NCBI GenBank assembly: GCA_022562155.1
Contig: JADFPV010000003.1
Coordinates: 412 to 64,411 of the forward strand
From: Chloroflexota bacterium
GTDB lineage: Bacteria; Chloroflexota; Dehalococcoidia; DSTF01; RBG-16-68-14
DNA: 64,000 nt
Direction: 5' to 3'
In this document: piece after piece, positions 20,471 through 30,417 of the stretch
Layout: each line of letters begins with the position of its first letter
How positions within the stretch are numbered: position 1 is the stretch's first letter
The notes under the pieces: model-generated
Told to the model about the DNA's origin: nothing
The model's database searches: none
Seen by the model: only the letters and a program-made list of their open reading frames with translations
Translations under genes and position numbers: made by a program

Positions 20471-20708
20471 GCTGTCCTCCTAGCGTATCCCGTTGCTGTG
20501 ATGACTACGCGCGTACGCCTTCGCATACGCGTATGTGGCGGCGACACCGGGATGCGCCATTATAGTCAAGTTGGGCTTAAGCTTCTAGACTTCTTTTCCG
20601 CAATACGAGCACCACTCGCGGTCGCGCCATTTCTTAAAGCTGTGGATACCACGCTGTCCGATGTGGAGGTTCATCAAGTCGCGGAAGAACTTGCCAATCG
20701 CGCCCATG

Positions 20709-21659
20709 TCAGCTCAGGGGCACGGCGATCTCGTCTGAGATGCGTTTGTAGAGTTCCTGCTTGTAGGGCGGGCGGCTCATCATGATGAAGTAGCTGACGC
20801 CGATCTCAGAGAAGCGTCCCATCACCTCGAGAATGTGTTCCGCATTGCCGATCGCCAGGCCTCGCTCAGCGCTCTCCTCGTCTCCGCCTGCCATGCCGCC
20901 AGCCATTGCGCCTCGCATCTGTTGAGCGCGCTCTTCGTCGTCGGTAAGGAACAGCGGCCCGAAGACCGACTTCGTAATCTCGTTCGGGTCGCGGCCGGCG
21001 TCCTCACAGTGGCGCTCGAGGACTTCGATTTTGTGCTTCGCGACGTCGACAGAGCCTATGATGTTAATTCCGTCTGCGTACTTGGCAGCGGTCCGGAGCG
21101 TGCGCTTCTCGCCTCCGCCCCCGATGAAGATCGGCGGGTGCGGCTCCTGCACGCAACGTGGCGAGAACGGCGCCTGGTTGAGCTGGTAGTACTTGCCATC
21201 GAAATCGACCGGCCCGTTCGCTGTGAACAACAATTTCGTGAGCTGAACGGCCTCCTCTAGGCGGTCCTGGCGCTCCTTCACCGTGTGGAACGGAATGCCG
21301 TAGACGCGATGCTCCATCTCATGCCAGGCCGCGCCCAAGCCGAACTCAAGCCTGCCGTTAGAAATGTGATCGACCGTCGCCGCCATCTTGGCCAGCACGG
21401 ACGGATGCCGGTAGGTCACACCGGTTACCAGGCAGCCAAGGCGCAACCGTTCCGTCGCCTGGGCACCGGCGGCTAGGGCAGTCCAACCCTCCAGACAAGG
21501 CCCGTTGGGGTCCTGTCCGGGGGTCGGCGGCACAAAGTGGTCGATCGTCCAAACGCTGTCGAACGCGGTCTCCGTATCGAGGAAGCGCCAGAACTCCAGC
21601 AGGCTGGACCACTCCTGGCCCTCCTGGCCGGTTTGGATACCGATCCGAAATTTGGCCAA
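20709..21659 (-). CDS. LLM-class F420-dependent oxidoreductase (paralog of 7021-7938)
   Basis: Closely similar over the full length to the 7021-7938 product. Confidence 0.75.
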   Translation of the reverse strand: MAKFRIGIQTGQEGQEWSSLLEFWRFLDTETAFDSVWTIDHFVPPTPGQDPNGPCLEGWTALAAGAQATERLRLGCLVTGVTYRHPSVLAKMAATVDHISNGRLEFGLGAAWHEMEHRVYGIPFHTVKERQDRLEEAVQLTKLLFTANGPVDFDGKYYQLNQAPFSPRCVQEPHPPIFIGGGGEKRTLRTAAKYADGINIIGSVDVAKHKIEVLERHCEDAGRDPNEITKSVFGPLFLTDDEERAQQMRGAMAGGMAGGDEESAERGLAIGNAEHILEVMGRFSEIGVSYFIMMSRPPYKQELYKRISDEIAVPLS

Positions 21660-21762
21660 TGTATTGCTCCTTCTAAGAACGAGTAATGCCGCTGTGCAGG
21701 CGGCATTGTAGCGTGAACGGCTCTCGTTAGGGCTGAGGCTGAAGCCTCAACCTACTGAGAGC

Positions 21763-22134
21763 TTACGACATCTGTTTCGTCCACTCGGCGAGGTCGAAGT
21801 AATCTCGCCAGGCGGCGATCTTGCCGTCCTTGATCTCGAAGACGCCCATCACCTGCAGGCTCATCGACTTCGTGCCTGTAAAGTGGTCTACGCGTTCGGT
21901 GAGGACGACGTCTCCAGTCGCGGAGATGTTTAGGATCTCCCACTCGGCGCCATCGAACGCTGCCATGAACTGCTCGATCATGCCCTTAATGGCGTCTTTG
22001 CCCTGTACCGCCTGGATCGGCATGTTGTGGTAGACGGCGTCGTCGGTGAAGAACTCAAGGATCTTGCCGATGTCGTAGTTCGACCACGCGTCGCAGAAAC
22101 GCGTGACGAGGTCGATGTTCTCTTGTTCGCTCAC
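21763..22134 (-). CDS. SnoaL/NTF2-like fold protein (limonene-epoxide-hydrolase-like)
   Basis: 123 aa. LVTRFCDAWSNYDIGKILEFFTDDAVYHNMP pattern typical of the SnoaL-like fold. Confidence 0.5.
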   Translation of the reverse strand: MSEQENIDLVTRFCDAWSNYDIGKILEFFTDDAVYHNMPIQAVQGKDAIKGMIEQFMAAFDGAEWEILNISATGDVVLTERVDHFTGTKSMSLQVMGVFEIKDGKIAAWRDYFDLAEWTKQMS

Positions 22135-22138
22135 AGGA

Positions 22139-23023
22139 CTACCCGATCGTCGCGGAGGCGTTGGAAATGACGGGCTCGCCGCGTTCGGCCGTCGTCGCCT
22201 GGACCAGTACTTTACCGTCCGATTCGTTCCAGATCCGCGTCACGATCGTCTCACCTGGGAAGGCGACGCCGGAGAACCGCACCTCGAATGCCTTCAACTT
22301 AGCCGGATCGCCGTCGCAAACCGCGTGCAGTACGGCTCGCCCGACGTAGCCGAAGGTGCAGAGGCCATGAATGATCGGCTTGTCGAAGCCGCCCATCTTC
22401 GCGAATTCGGGGTCGATGTGGAGCGGGTTGCGGTCGCCCGACAGGCGGTAGATCGCCGCCTGGTCCGGCGAGGTCTTGTACTCGACGGTGTGGTCCGGCT
22501 CCCGCTCAGGCGGGACGTTCTTCTTGGAGGCGCTCGGCCCGCGATCGCCGCCGAAGCCACCCTCTCCGCGGAGAAAGATGCCAGACGTGTTCGTAAAGAG
22601 GACGTTCCCGCTCTCGTCTTTCGTGTCTACGGAGATGCTGACGAGCGCGCCGGAGCCCTTGTCGTAGATGCCCGTGATCTTGCCACCGGTCGTCAGCTTG
22701 CCGCTGGTCGGGATGGGGCCGTTCAGCGTGATGCTCTGCTCGCCGTGCAGGAGCATCATCGGGTTGAACTTTATGTACTTGCCGATACCACCGAGCGCCG
22801 GGAACGCCGGGATCACGCCGAAGGTCGGCAGCGTCTGGAGGTTCTTCTCGTAGACGAAGTTCAGCTCGTCCGCCGTCGCGCCGACGCCGAGGGCGTAGAG
22901 CATGACATCGCGGTCGGTGTACTCGAAGGTGGTTTCCGGCAGCTCCTTGCCGACAGCAGAGGCATCGATGGCCATGAGTTGTTCCTCCTCAGATTCAAAC
23001 TCGGTGCCCACGGATTCTAGCAA
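22139..23023 (-). CDS. MaoC-like (double hot-dog) dehydratase
   Basis: 294 aa, two hot-dog halves, MaoC-type motifs (H..LCTFG...). Confidence 0.65.
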   Translation of the reverse strand: MLESVGTEFESEEEQLMAIDASAVGKELPETTFEYTDRDVMLYALGVGATADELNFVYEKNLQTLPTFGVIPAFPALGGIGKYIKFNPMMLLHGEQSITLNGPIPTSGKLTTGGKITGIYDKGSGALVSISVDTKDESGNVLFTNTSGIFLRGEGGFGGDRGPSASKKNVPPEREPDHTVEYKTSPDQAAIYRLSGDRNPLHIDPEFAKMGGFDKPIIHGLCTFGYVGRAVLHAVCDGDPAKLKAFEVRFSGVAFPGETIVTRIWNESDGKVLVQATTAERGEPVISNASATIG

Positions 23024-23110
23024 GGGTGACAGGACAATGGGAAGAGTCTATATTGTAGACGATTGACAGCCCTCAGCAGTGAGACAACGCGGGAGGCGGA
23101 AGGTTCGAAC

Positions 23111-24232
23111 ATGCCAGGCAACAACGGAACGGTAGAGGCCAGACTTGAACCACAAGCAGAGCTTCAATTTGACGAGAGAAACCCGCGCCTTCTGGAGCAG
23201 CTTCGAAAGAACGGTACAGGCATCTCGCAGGAAGACATCATCCGGATACTTTGGCGCGAGTTCGCCGTTGACGAAGTTGCCATGTCCATCGCCGCGAACG
23301 GCTATTTCCAGCATGAACCGCTTTTCGTCACACGCGACGACGATCATCTGGTCGTAGTAGAGGGTAACCGGAGACTCGCCGCCGTGCGGCTGCTCCTAAA
23401 CAGCAACCTGCGACGCCAGCTTGGAGCAACAGATCTCCCTCGGATCACCGAACGAGTACGACGCGGTCTGCAGGAGATTCCCGTTATCGAGTGCCAACGC
23501 AATGCTGTTTGGGAGTACATTGGGTTCAAGCACGTAAACGGACCGCAGGCTTGGCAACCGGTCGCAAAGGCCGGGTACATCGCTTGGGTGCGGAACACGC
23601 TCAAAGTCCCTCTCGACCGGATTGCAAAACAGATCGGCGATCAGCATTCTACGGTTCGCCGACTTTATCGCGGCCTCATGGCCCTCGAGCAGGCCGAAGT
23701 AGCCGGTGTGTATGACCGCGAAGAACGCTGGAGAGCGCGCTTCGCCCTGTCACACCTCTACACAGGACTCGACTACCCTAGCATTCAGAAGTTTACGGGA
23801 ATTTCGGGTGAGGCCAGTTACTCGAAGCGGCGACCCATTCCGAAGAGGAAGATCAAGGAGTTCGGCGAGCTGTGCATCTGGCTCTACGGCAGCAAGACCA
23901 AGGAACAACCACCGATTGTGCAGCGTCAGAATCCTGACCTTAGGAATCTCGCCGAGGTGCTGGGAAGCAGAGATGGCCTAGCTGCGCTACGTAAGGGATT
24001 GCCTCTCCAAATCTCGTTGGACATTAGCAAAGGCGACGAACAGTTATTCAGAGAAGCGCTTGTTGCCGCGAAGCAGTCGCTCCAGGACGCGCGCGGAAGA
24101 CTCATAACGGGCTATGAGGGCGAACCCGACCTCTTGGACACCGCGGAGGACATTCGGGAACTCGCTGTCGACACCCACAAGGCGATGATAAAGGTTCACG
24201 ACTCGCGCCGGAAGAAGAGGCGCACAGGGTAA
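23111..24232 (+). CDS. ParB/Srx-like N-terminal domain protein (alternative start 23063)
   Basis: HLVVVEGNRRLAAVRLL arginine-containing ParB-box-like motif. RBS gggaggcggaagg lies before ATG 23111. Region GC is clearly lower than its flanks. Confidence 0.55.
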   Translation: MPGNNGTVEARLEPQAELQFDERNPRLLEQLRKNGTGISQEDIIRILWREFAVDEVAMSIAANGYFQHEPLFVTRDDDHLVVVEGNRRLAAVRLLLNSNLRRQLGATDLPRITERVRRGLQEIPVIECQRNAVWEYIGFKHVNGPQAWQPVAKAGYIAWVRNTLKVPLDRIAKQIGDQHSTVRRLYRGLMALEQAEVAGVYDREERWRARFALSHLYTGLDYPSIQKFTGISGEASYSKRRPIPKRKIKEFGELCIWLYGSKTKEQPPIVQRQNPDLRNLAEVLGSRDGLAALRKGLPLQISLDISKGDEQLFREALVAAKQSLQDARGRLITGYEGEPDLLDTAEDIRELAVDTHKAMIKVHDSRRKKRRTG

Positions 24233-24247
24233 CCTCCTGGAACAAGA

Positions 24248-25195
24248 ATGACACAGATACCCGCTGCGCCTGCAGCTTCGGCACCTCCAGAGAAACATGC
24301 GGACTGGCTAGAACTGCTAGCCCTCAGTTCGCCCGACAAGAACAGTTCGTTTCAGGACCTAATCAAGGAATTCAGGCACTCTGGATCGGTTGATGCCCTT
24401 GGGGAGGACGATTCGGTAGAGAAGTTTACCGATAAGGGCTCCGAACGCAGTCAGCTTCTAGCTGAAGAGGCTTTTAACGAGATCAGCGACCGCCACGACG
24501 CCTGCGGGATCGTTGCGAGCAGCTATGCGTTCGACATAAGCGCTCAATACATTCAGGCACGCCAGCAATACGACCAGTCTATCTACGCGTTTCTTCTCTT
24601 GCTAAGTAAGTTCGGAAAGGATGCAGGACCAGATACTATCGACCTGCTCGATCTGTTCGACAAAATCAGTGGGTCCGCTGCTAGCGAGTACATGGGTGGT
24701 CCGACGGCTGGGGTACAATTCTACTTGTTTGGCTTCCCACGAAGGGTAGCACCACCAGGCTTTCGAGATGCCCTGGATGATCTGTGTAACAGGCTTGGAG
24801 AGGGCGGCGGCTCTAAAGACGGCCCAACCAGGAAGAACCAGAAGGACGCCAAGTTAGACATAGCCGTGTGGCGAGCGTTCAATGATGGCCGTGTTGGCAA
24901 GTTCATCGGGTTCGGTCAGTGTGCAACGGGGGAAGATTGGCCTAAGAAACTAACGGAACTCCAGCCCACCAATTTCATTAAGAAATGGATGCATAAACCG
25001 CTCGCCGTGGATCCGATTAGGTTGTTCTTCACTCCTCACCGAGTACCGTATAGCGGGTGGGAGGATGATTCGATTGACGGCGGAGTACTGTTCGACCGCT
25101 GCCGAATTTCTGCGCTCACGAGAGATCTGGACGATACATTAGTCCGCGAGTGCAGAAAGTGGACTAGGTTCGTCATCAGGAAGCACCTCAAGTGA
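24248..25195 (+). CDS. hypothetical protein (possible nuclease partner)
   Basis: 315 aa, no confident motif. Stop overlaps the next gene's GTG start (coupled). Confidence 0.45.
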   Translation: MTQIPAAPAASAPPEKHADWLELLALSSPDKNSSFQDLIKEFRHSGSVDALGEDDSVEKFTDKGSERSQLLAEEAFNEISDRHDACGIVASSYAFDISAQYIQARQQYDQSIYAFLLLLSKFGKDAGPDTIDLLDLFDKISGSAASEYMGGPTAGVQFYLFGFPRRVAPPGFRDALDDLCNRLGEGGGSKDGPTRKNQKDAKLDIAVWRAFNDGRVGKFIGFGQCATGEDWPKKLTELQPTNFIKKWMHKPLAVDPIRLFFTPHRVPYSGWEDDSIDGGVLFDRCRISALTRDLDDTLVRECRKWTRFVIRKHLK

Positions 25196-26283
25196 GACAT
25201 CGCTTTCACGCATTGTGCCCATACTTCTCGATGTTCCCAGAGAGTTTTGCGGAGAAGTGGATCGAGACGCTTACAGAACCAGGCGACCTAGTGCTCGATC
25301 CCTTCTGCGGCCGGGGAACAGCACCGTTCCAAGCGCTACTCATGCGGCGACAGGCCATTGGGAGTGACGTCAATCCAGTCGCATACTGCGTCAGCCGCGC
25401 AAAGACGAACGCCCCGGCGGCATCTCAGCTGCGGCGGCGTCTCACGCTGCTGGAGAAGCACTTTGAACCAGCCGAGTGGGAGAAACAGCGGAAGGCTCTT
25501 CCCAGCTTTTTCAGGCTGGCGTTCGCCCCAAGGACCTTAAGGCAATTGCTCTTCTTGCGCGCGGAACTACGCTGGTCGTCCTCTAATGTGGACGCGATGA
25601 TCGCAGCGCTGACTCTGGGTTCTCTACACGGAGAAATGTCCTCGCCATCATATCTGAGCAATCAGATGCCTCGAACAATCAGTACGAAACCAGGGTATTC
25701 GGTGAAGTACTGGAAGGCCCATGAACTGATGCCGCCCACACGCGACACGTTTGGCCTGCTCCGGACGCAGCTAGCATACCGCTACGCGTCCGATCCCCCC
25801 GAAGACTCTGCGACGATTTTCCACAGAGACTTCAGGATGTTACCGACCATCGTCGGAAGTCTACCGAAGCCTCCTCGTCTCGCTATTACGTCGCCTCCCT
25901 ACCTGGACGTCACAAGCGCAGAGGAAGATCAATGGCTCAGGCTATGGTTCCTCGGGGGCGCACCGGAGCCGACCTACGGCGTCGTGTCGCGAGACGATCG
26001 CATAAGTGACCGAAATCAGTACTGGGCCTTGATCGCAGACATGTGGAGAGTTCTAGGAAGTGTCCTCGATGAGAATGCTGATGTGGTGATACGCATCGGT
26101 ATCAAGTCGATGAAACCTGGTGAGCTGGTAGACGCCGTCGAAGCAAGCTCAGCATTCAGCGGCCGCCCAACGACGCTGGTTCATCACGAGTCCAGTGCCA
26201 TCGCACGACGCCAAACGAATGCGTTTCATCCGGGGACTAAGGGTGTGATGGTCGAAGTCGACTGCCACATCCACATGGCATAA
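25192..26283 (+). CDS. DNA amino-methyltransferase (N4-cytosine or N6-adenine), alpha-like motif order
   Basis: DPFCGRGT (motif I, FxGxG) near the N-terminus and ITSPPYLD (motif IV, SPPY) about 200 aa later. Confidence 0.65.
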   Translation: MRHRFHALCPYFSMFPESFAEKWIETLTEPGDLVLDPFCGRGTAPFQALLMRRQAIGSDVNPVAYCVSRAKTNAPAASQLRRRLTLLEKHFEPAEWEKQRKALPSFFRLAFAPRTLRQLLFLRAELRWSSSNVDAMIAALTLGSLHGEMSSPSYLSNQMPRTISTKPGYSVKYWKAHELMPPTRDTFGLLRTQLAYRYASDPPEDSATIFHRDFRMLPTIVGSLPKPPRLAITSPPYLDVTSAEEDQWLRLWFLGGAPEPTYGVVSRDDRISDRNQYWALIADMWRVLGSVLDENADVVIRIGIKSMKPGELVDAVEASSAFSGRPTTLVHHESSAIARRQTNAFHPGTKGVMVEVDCHIHMA

Positions 26284-26304
26284 AGGCGGTGGTCGCTAGC
26301 CGGA

Positions 26305-27015
26305 TTAGTTCGTGGTGAGTGCCAACGTAGGCATCGGGTCGAGCCGGATCGCCGGGCCCATGCTCGTGGTCAAGAAGATGCTCTTGACGAACTGGCCCTT
26401 CGTCTGTTCAGGCCTGGCCTTGGCGATCTCTTGCATCAGCGTCGCAAGGTTTTCCATCAGCTTATCCTCGTCGAAGCTGGCCTTCCCGATGGGTGCGTGC
26501 ATGATCGATGTGCGGTCCAGGCGGAACTCCACCTTGCCTTGCATCGCGTCTTGGACGGCCTTCTGCACACCGTCCGCGTCAACCACCGTACCGGCGCGAG
26601 GGTTCGGCATGAGCCCACGCGGGCCGAGTACGCGGCCAAGCTTGCCTACTTTGCCCATCAGCTCTCGCTGGGCGAGCGCGACGTCGAAGTCGGTCCAGCC
26701 GCCTTCGACCTTCGAAATCAGATCGTCGCCACCGACGTGCTCAGCGCCTGCCTCTTCCGCGATCCGGGCGGCGTCTCCTTCAGCGAACATGAGCACGCGC
26801 ACCGTTTTGCCGAGACCATGGGGCAGCAGGGCGGTGCCTCGCAACTGCTGCTCGGCATGGCGCGGATCGAGGCCCGTGCGGATGTGCAGTTCGATCGTCT
26901 CGTCGAACTTTGCGAAGGCGATCTCCTTCGCCAGCTTGACGGCCTCTTCGGGGGCGTAGGTCTTGGTCTTGTCGACCAGCGCTGCCCTCTCCTTGTAGTT
27001 CTTCCCGCGCTTCAT
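26305..27015 (-). CDS. rplA: 50S ribosomal protein L1
   Basis: Full-length L1 similarity (KNYKERAALVDKTKTYAPEEA...). Confidence 0.9.
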   Translation of the reverse strand: MKRGKNYKERAALVDKTKTYAPEEAVKLAKEIAFAKFDETIELHIRTGLDPRHAEQQLRGTALLPHGLGKTVRVLMFAEGDAARIAEEAGAEHVGGDDLISKVEGGWTDFDVALAQRELMGKVGKLGRVLGPRGLMPNPRAGTVVDADGVQKAVQDAMQGKVEFRLDRTSIMHAPIGKASFDEDKLMENLATLMQEIAKARPEQTKGQFVKSIFLTTSMGPAIRLDPMPTLALTTN

Positions 27016-27017
27016 GC

Positions 27018-27440
27018 CTAGACCACCTCAATGCCCATGCTGCGCGCCGTGCCCTCGATCTGGAGCATTGCGCCTTCGATGTCGACCGCGTTCAGGTCGC
27101 GCATCTTCACTTCCGCGATCGTGCGGATCTGGGCCTTCGTTACCTCGCCGGCCTTCTCACGCAGTTGAACGCCGCTCCCCTTCTCGACGCCAGCCGCCTT
27201 CTTCAGTAGGTCGGAGGCCGGTGGCGTCTTCAGCGTGAACGAGAACGAGCGGTCTTCATAGACCATGATCTCCACCGGGACGATTGAACCAGCCTGCGAC
27301 GAAGTCTTTTCGTTGTAATCCTTGCAGAAGCCCATGATGTTGACGCCGTGCTGACCGAGCGCCGGGCCTACTGGCGGGGCCGGGTTGGCCTTGCCAGCTT
27401 CGATCTGCAGCTTGATGACGGCGCGTACCTTCTTAGCCAT
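27018..27440 (-). CDS. rplK: 50S ribosomal protein L11
   Basis: [40 protein letters not shown]. Confidence 0.9.
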   Translation of the reverse strand: MAKKVRAVIKLQIEAGKANPAPPVGPALGQHGVNIMGFCKDYNEKTSSQAGSIVPVEIMVYEDRSFSFTLKTPPASDLLKKAAGVEKGSGVQLREKAGEVTKAQIRTIAEVKMRDLNAVDIEGAMLQIEGTARSMGIEVV

Positions 27441-27646
27441 TGCTTACCTTTTGCCACCACGGACACGGGCCACGGCCGAAGTGCTCATGCCAAGTCCGCC
27501 CGCAATCCTTACACTGAGCAGCAGCATCAGTAGCCTTGTTGAGTTTTGCGAGCGCGCGCTCTCCTCTTATCAAGCGCATGACGGTAAGAGTCCAGAGATT
27601 CGCAGGGCTAGGCAGTCGCAGGTTGACCGGCATCGCTCCACCACGC

Positions 27647-28384
27647 CTAGACTTTCTCCACCTGGAGGAAGTCGAGCTCGACCGGCGTCTCGCGACCGAA
27701 GAAGGAGACGAGCACTTTGACCTTCCCCTTCTCAAGGTTGAGGTCGTCCACCTGGCCAACGAAGTCCTGGAAGGGACCATCGACGATGCGGACGCTCTCG
27801 CCCATCTGGAAGCCGACCTTGATCTTGGGCTCCTCGACGCGCATCTGACTGAGGATGCGGCGCACCTCATGTTCAGCCAAGGGGACTGGACGCGTGCCCG
27901 AACCAACGAAGCCGGTGACGCCAGGCGTGTTCCTGACGACGAACCAGGCCTGGGTCGAAAGAGGGTCGTCTTCTTTCAGCTCCACCATCTGCACGAGGAT
28001 GTAGCCAGGGAAGATCTTCTTGGAGACCGTTCGGCGCTGGCCGTCACGAATCTCGATCTCGTCCTCTGTCGGTACTACGACGCGAAAGATGAGATCCTGT
28101 GCATCCATCGAGGGAATGCGGTGCTCAAGGTTGGTCTTCACCTTGTTTTCGTGGCCGGAGTAGGTGTGAATAATGTACCAGACACGCCCTTCGACGAAGG
28201 CTTCTTCCTCCGTCGGGACGTCGCGTCGGGAAGATGTCCCTTCGGCGCCCGCTTCCGCCGACGCATCGCCCTTCGACGCGGCCTTTACGGGCGTCTTGGC
28301 CGCGGCTTGCGGCTGATCCGCAGGCGCGCTCGAAGCCGATGCCTCAGGCGCAGCAGTCTCAGTATCTTCGGGTTGCGTCACCAT
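27647..28384 (-). CDS. nusG: transcription termination/antitermination factor NusG (with acidic/Ala-rich N-terminal extension)
   Basis: [18 protein letters not shown] domain and C-terminal KOW ([19 protein letters not shown]). Confidence 0.85.
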   Translation of the reverse strand: MVTQPEDTETAAPEASASSAPADQPQAAAKTPVKAASKGDASAEAGAEGTSSRRDVPTEEEAFVEGRVWYIIHTYSGHENKVKTNLEHRIPSMDAQDLIFRVVVPTEDEIEIRDGQRRTVSKKIFPGYILVQMVELKEDDPLSTQAWFVVRNTPGVTGFVGSGTRPVPLAEHEVRRILSQMRVEEPKIKVGFQMGESVRIVDGPFQDFVGQVDDLNLEKGKVKVLVSFFGRETPVELDFLQVEKV

Positions 28385-28396
28385 GATCTGGGCGGA

Positions 28397-28714
28397 TTAG
28401 CGAAGAAGCGTGTTTTCGATGAACCAGTTGAAGAAGATGTCAACGCCACCCAGGAAGATGGCGAAGGCACCGGAGACAAGTAGGACGACTATCGTCAAAT
28501 ATCGAGTGTCGGCGGCGCTGGGCCACGTCACCTTCCGCAACTCACTGATGATGTCCAGCGCCCACGTTGGCCGGAGCGAGGACACACCCCCGCCCGATGA
28601 GCTGTCGCTCTGGCGAGGCGGCCGGGTGCTGGGGCGAATCGCCTGCGGTTTCGGCTCTCGCCCGCGCCGGCCGCGTTTCGAACCCTGGGGGTGACGTCGT
28701 AGCGCTCTGCTCAT
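28397..28714 (-). CDS. secE: preprotein translocase subunit SecE (basic N-terminal extension)
   Basis: C-terminal single TM segment with conserved SecE tail, located between rpmG and nusG. Confidence 0.7.
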   Translation of the reverse strand: MSRALRRHPQGSKRGRRGREPKPQAIRPSTRPPRQSDSSSGGGVSSLRPTWALDIISELRKVTWPSAADTRYLTIVVLLVSGAFAIFLGGVDIFFNWFIENTLLR

Positions 28715-28721
28715 GGGTTGC

Positions 28722-28886
28722 CTACCTCACCTCTCGATGGAGATAGTGTTTTCGGCAGCGGGGGCAGAACTTGTTCAACTCCAGCCGGTCCGGGTCGTTA
28801 CGCCTGTTCTTCGTGGTCGTGTACGACCGCGACCTGCACTCAGAGCAGGCGAGGTTTATTACGATGCGGTCGTCTTTCCTGGCCAA
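28722..28886 (-). CDS. rpmG: 50S ribosomal protein L33 (TTG start)
   Basis: Manual translation gives (M)[53 protein letters not shown] with the CxxC...CxxC L33 zinc ribbon. Below the 60-aa ORF-track cutoff. GGAG lies upstream of TTG. Confidence 0.7.
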   Translation of the reverse strand: MARKDDRIVINLACSECRSRSYTTTKNRRNDPDRLELNKFCPRCRKHYLHREVR

Positions 28887-28889
28887 CTC

Positions 28890-30089
28890 TTACTCCAGAA
28901 TCTTCGTGAAGACGCCGGCGCCCACGGTGCGGCTGCCCTCGCGGATGGCGAAATGCAAACCCTCTTCCATGGCGACGGGCTGAATCAGCTTGATCTTCAT
29001 CTTCGTGTTGTCGCCCGGCATCACCATTTCGACGCCCTCTTCCAGCTCGATCTCACCAGTAACATCGGTCGTACGGATGTAGAACTGCGGGCGGTAGCCT
29101 TTGAAGAATGGTGTGTGGCGTCCGCCCTCTTCCTTGGAGAGAACATAGATCTCGGCCTCGCAGGTGGTGTGCGGGGTGATACTGCCGGGCGCGGAAAGCA
29201 CCTGGCCGCGCTGGATCTCTTCTCGCTCAACGCCACGGAGCAGGCAACCAACGTTGTCTCCGGCTTCGCCCTGGTCCAGCAGCTTCTTGAACATCTCGAC
29301 ACCAGTGACGACGGTCTTGCTGGTCTCCTTGAGGCCGACGATCTCAATCTCCTCGCCGACGTTGATCACCCCACGTTCGATCCGGCCGGTGACGACGGTG
29401 CCTCGGCCCTTGATGCCGAAGACATCCTCGACAGGCATCAGGAACGGCTGGTCCTTGGCGCGCTCCGGCAGGGGGATGTGTTCGTCAAGCGCCTTCACCA
29501 GCTCCCAGATGCTCTCGTATTCCGGGGCATCCGGGTCTTCGCTTTCGCTCTCCAACGCCTTGAGGGCGCTGCCGCGGATAATCGGGATGTTGTCGCCGTC
29601 GAAGTCGTACTTGGTAAGTAGTTCGCGCAGCTCCAACTCAACGAGGTCCAGCAGCTCCGGGTCGTCCATCATGTCCACCTTGTTGAGGTAGACGACCATA
29701 CTCGGAACTTCGACCTGCTTGGCGAGCAGTACGTGCTCGCGCGTCTGTGGCATCGGGCCATCAGGGGCGGCAACTACGAGGATGGCGCCGTCCATCTGAG
29801 CGGCGCCGGTGATCATGTTCTTGATGTAGTCGGCGTGACCCGGGCAGTCTACGTGTGCGTAATGGCGGTTCTCCGACTCGTACTCAACATGAGCGATAGC
29901 GATCGTGATTCCGCGTTCGCGCTCTTCCGGCGCCCTGTCGATGCTAGCGAAATCACGATACGACGCCCAACCCTTCAAGCCGAGTACCTTGGTCATAGCT
30001 GCGGTGAGCGTAGTTTTTCCGTGGTCAACGTGGCCAATGGTGCCTACGTTAACGTGCGGCTTGGTTCGCTCATACTTCTCTTTTGCCAT
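28890..30089 (-). CDS. tuf: elongation factor Tu
   Basis: [28 protein letters not shown]. Start set at the MAKEK ATG (30087-30089) preceded by GGAGG. The 41-aa upstream extension in the ORF track was rejected. Confidence 0.95.
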   Translation of the reverse strand: MAKEKYERTKPHVNVGTIGHVDHGKTTLTAAMTKVLGLKGWASYRDFASIDRAPEERERGITIAIAHVEYESENRHYAHVDCPGHADYIKNMITGAAQMDGAILVVAAPDGPMPQTREHVLLAKQVEVPSMVVYLNKVDMMDDPELLDLVELELRELLTKYDFDGDNIPIIRGSALKALESESEDPDAPEYESIWELVKALDEHIPLPERAKDQPFLMPVEDVFGIKGRGTVVTGRIERGVINVGEEIEIVGLKETSKTVVTGVEMFKKLLDQGEAGDNVGCLLRGVEREEIQRGQVLSAPGSITPHTTCEAEIYVLSKEEGGRHTPFFKGYRPQFYIRTTDVTGEIELEEGVEMVMPGDNTKMKIKLIQPVAMEEGLHFAIREGSRTVGAGVFTKILE

Positions 30090-30167
30090 TACGTTGCTTC
30101 CTCCTTGTTCCTTCCTCCGAGCCTTCAGGCGGTTCCGGGCTGTTCTTGCCCGCTTACCTTTTTCACT

Positions 30168-30242
30168 TGGAGCCCACAATCGGGATTGAACCGATGACCT
30201 CGCCCTTACCAAGGGCGTGCTCTACCACTGAGCTATGTGGGC
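30168..30242 (-). tRNA. tRNA-Thr (anticodon GGU)
   Basis: Manual fold: acceptor GCCCACA/UGUGGGC, anticodon loop cUUGGUAa, T-loop GGUUCAAUCC, CCA encoded. Confidence 0.8.
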
Positions 30243-30313
30243 GCAGTATGCGCCAGAGCCGAACGCCCTTCTCTCTAGATTTTGGCCCTTCCAGCTTCCG
30301 GCGTCAATCTCAC

Positions 30314-30401
30314 TGGTGGAGGGGGCAGGATTCGAACCTGCGTAGCCCGTCAGGGCAACGATTTTACAGACCGCCGGTTTTAGCCACTCACCCACCCCTC
30401 C
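30314..30401 (-). tRNA. tRNA-Tyr (anticodon GUA), long variable arm
   Basis: Acceptor GGAGGGG/CCCCUCC, anticodon loop CUGUAAA, T-loop GGUUCGAAUCC, 88 nt. Confidence 0.8.
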
Positions 30402-30417
30402 GTAATTAGTTAGGTGG

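Noticed and set aside
19229-20483. 350-aa and 225-aa plus-strand ORFs inside ppdK
   Set aside because: Antisense to ppdK. No motifs. Composition artefact of high GC.
22103-23020. 305-aa plus-strand ORF opposite the MaoC gene
   Set aside because: Antisense to a well-supported hot-dog dehydratase gene. Arg/Asp/Leu-rich nonsense.
27536-29621. Plus-strand ORFs (315 aa, 302 aa) opposite nusG and tuf
   Set aside because: Antisense to highly conserved genes. Spurious.
28890-30212. 41-aa N-terminal extension of EF-Tu in the ORF track
   Set aside because: Canonical EF-Tu starts at MAKEK, with a GGAGG RBS 8 nt upstream. The extension is a basic low-complexity read-through into the tRNA-tuf spacer.
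30243-30313. Possible tRNA-Gly between tRNA-Tyr and tRNA-Thr (as in E. coli thrU-tyrU-glyT-thrT)
   Set aside because: The 71-nt spacer has no acceptor-stem/CCA pairing and no T-loop GTTCGAATC motif. It is too short for an additional tRNA.
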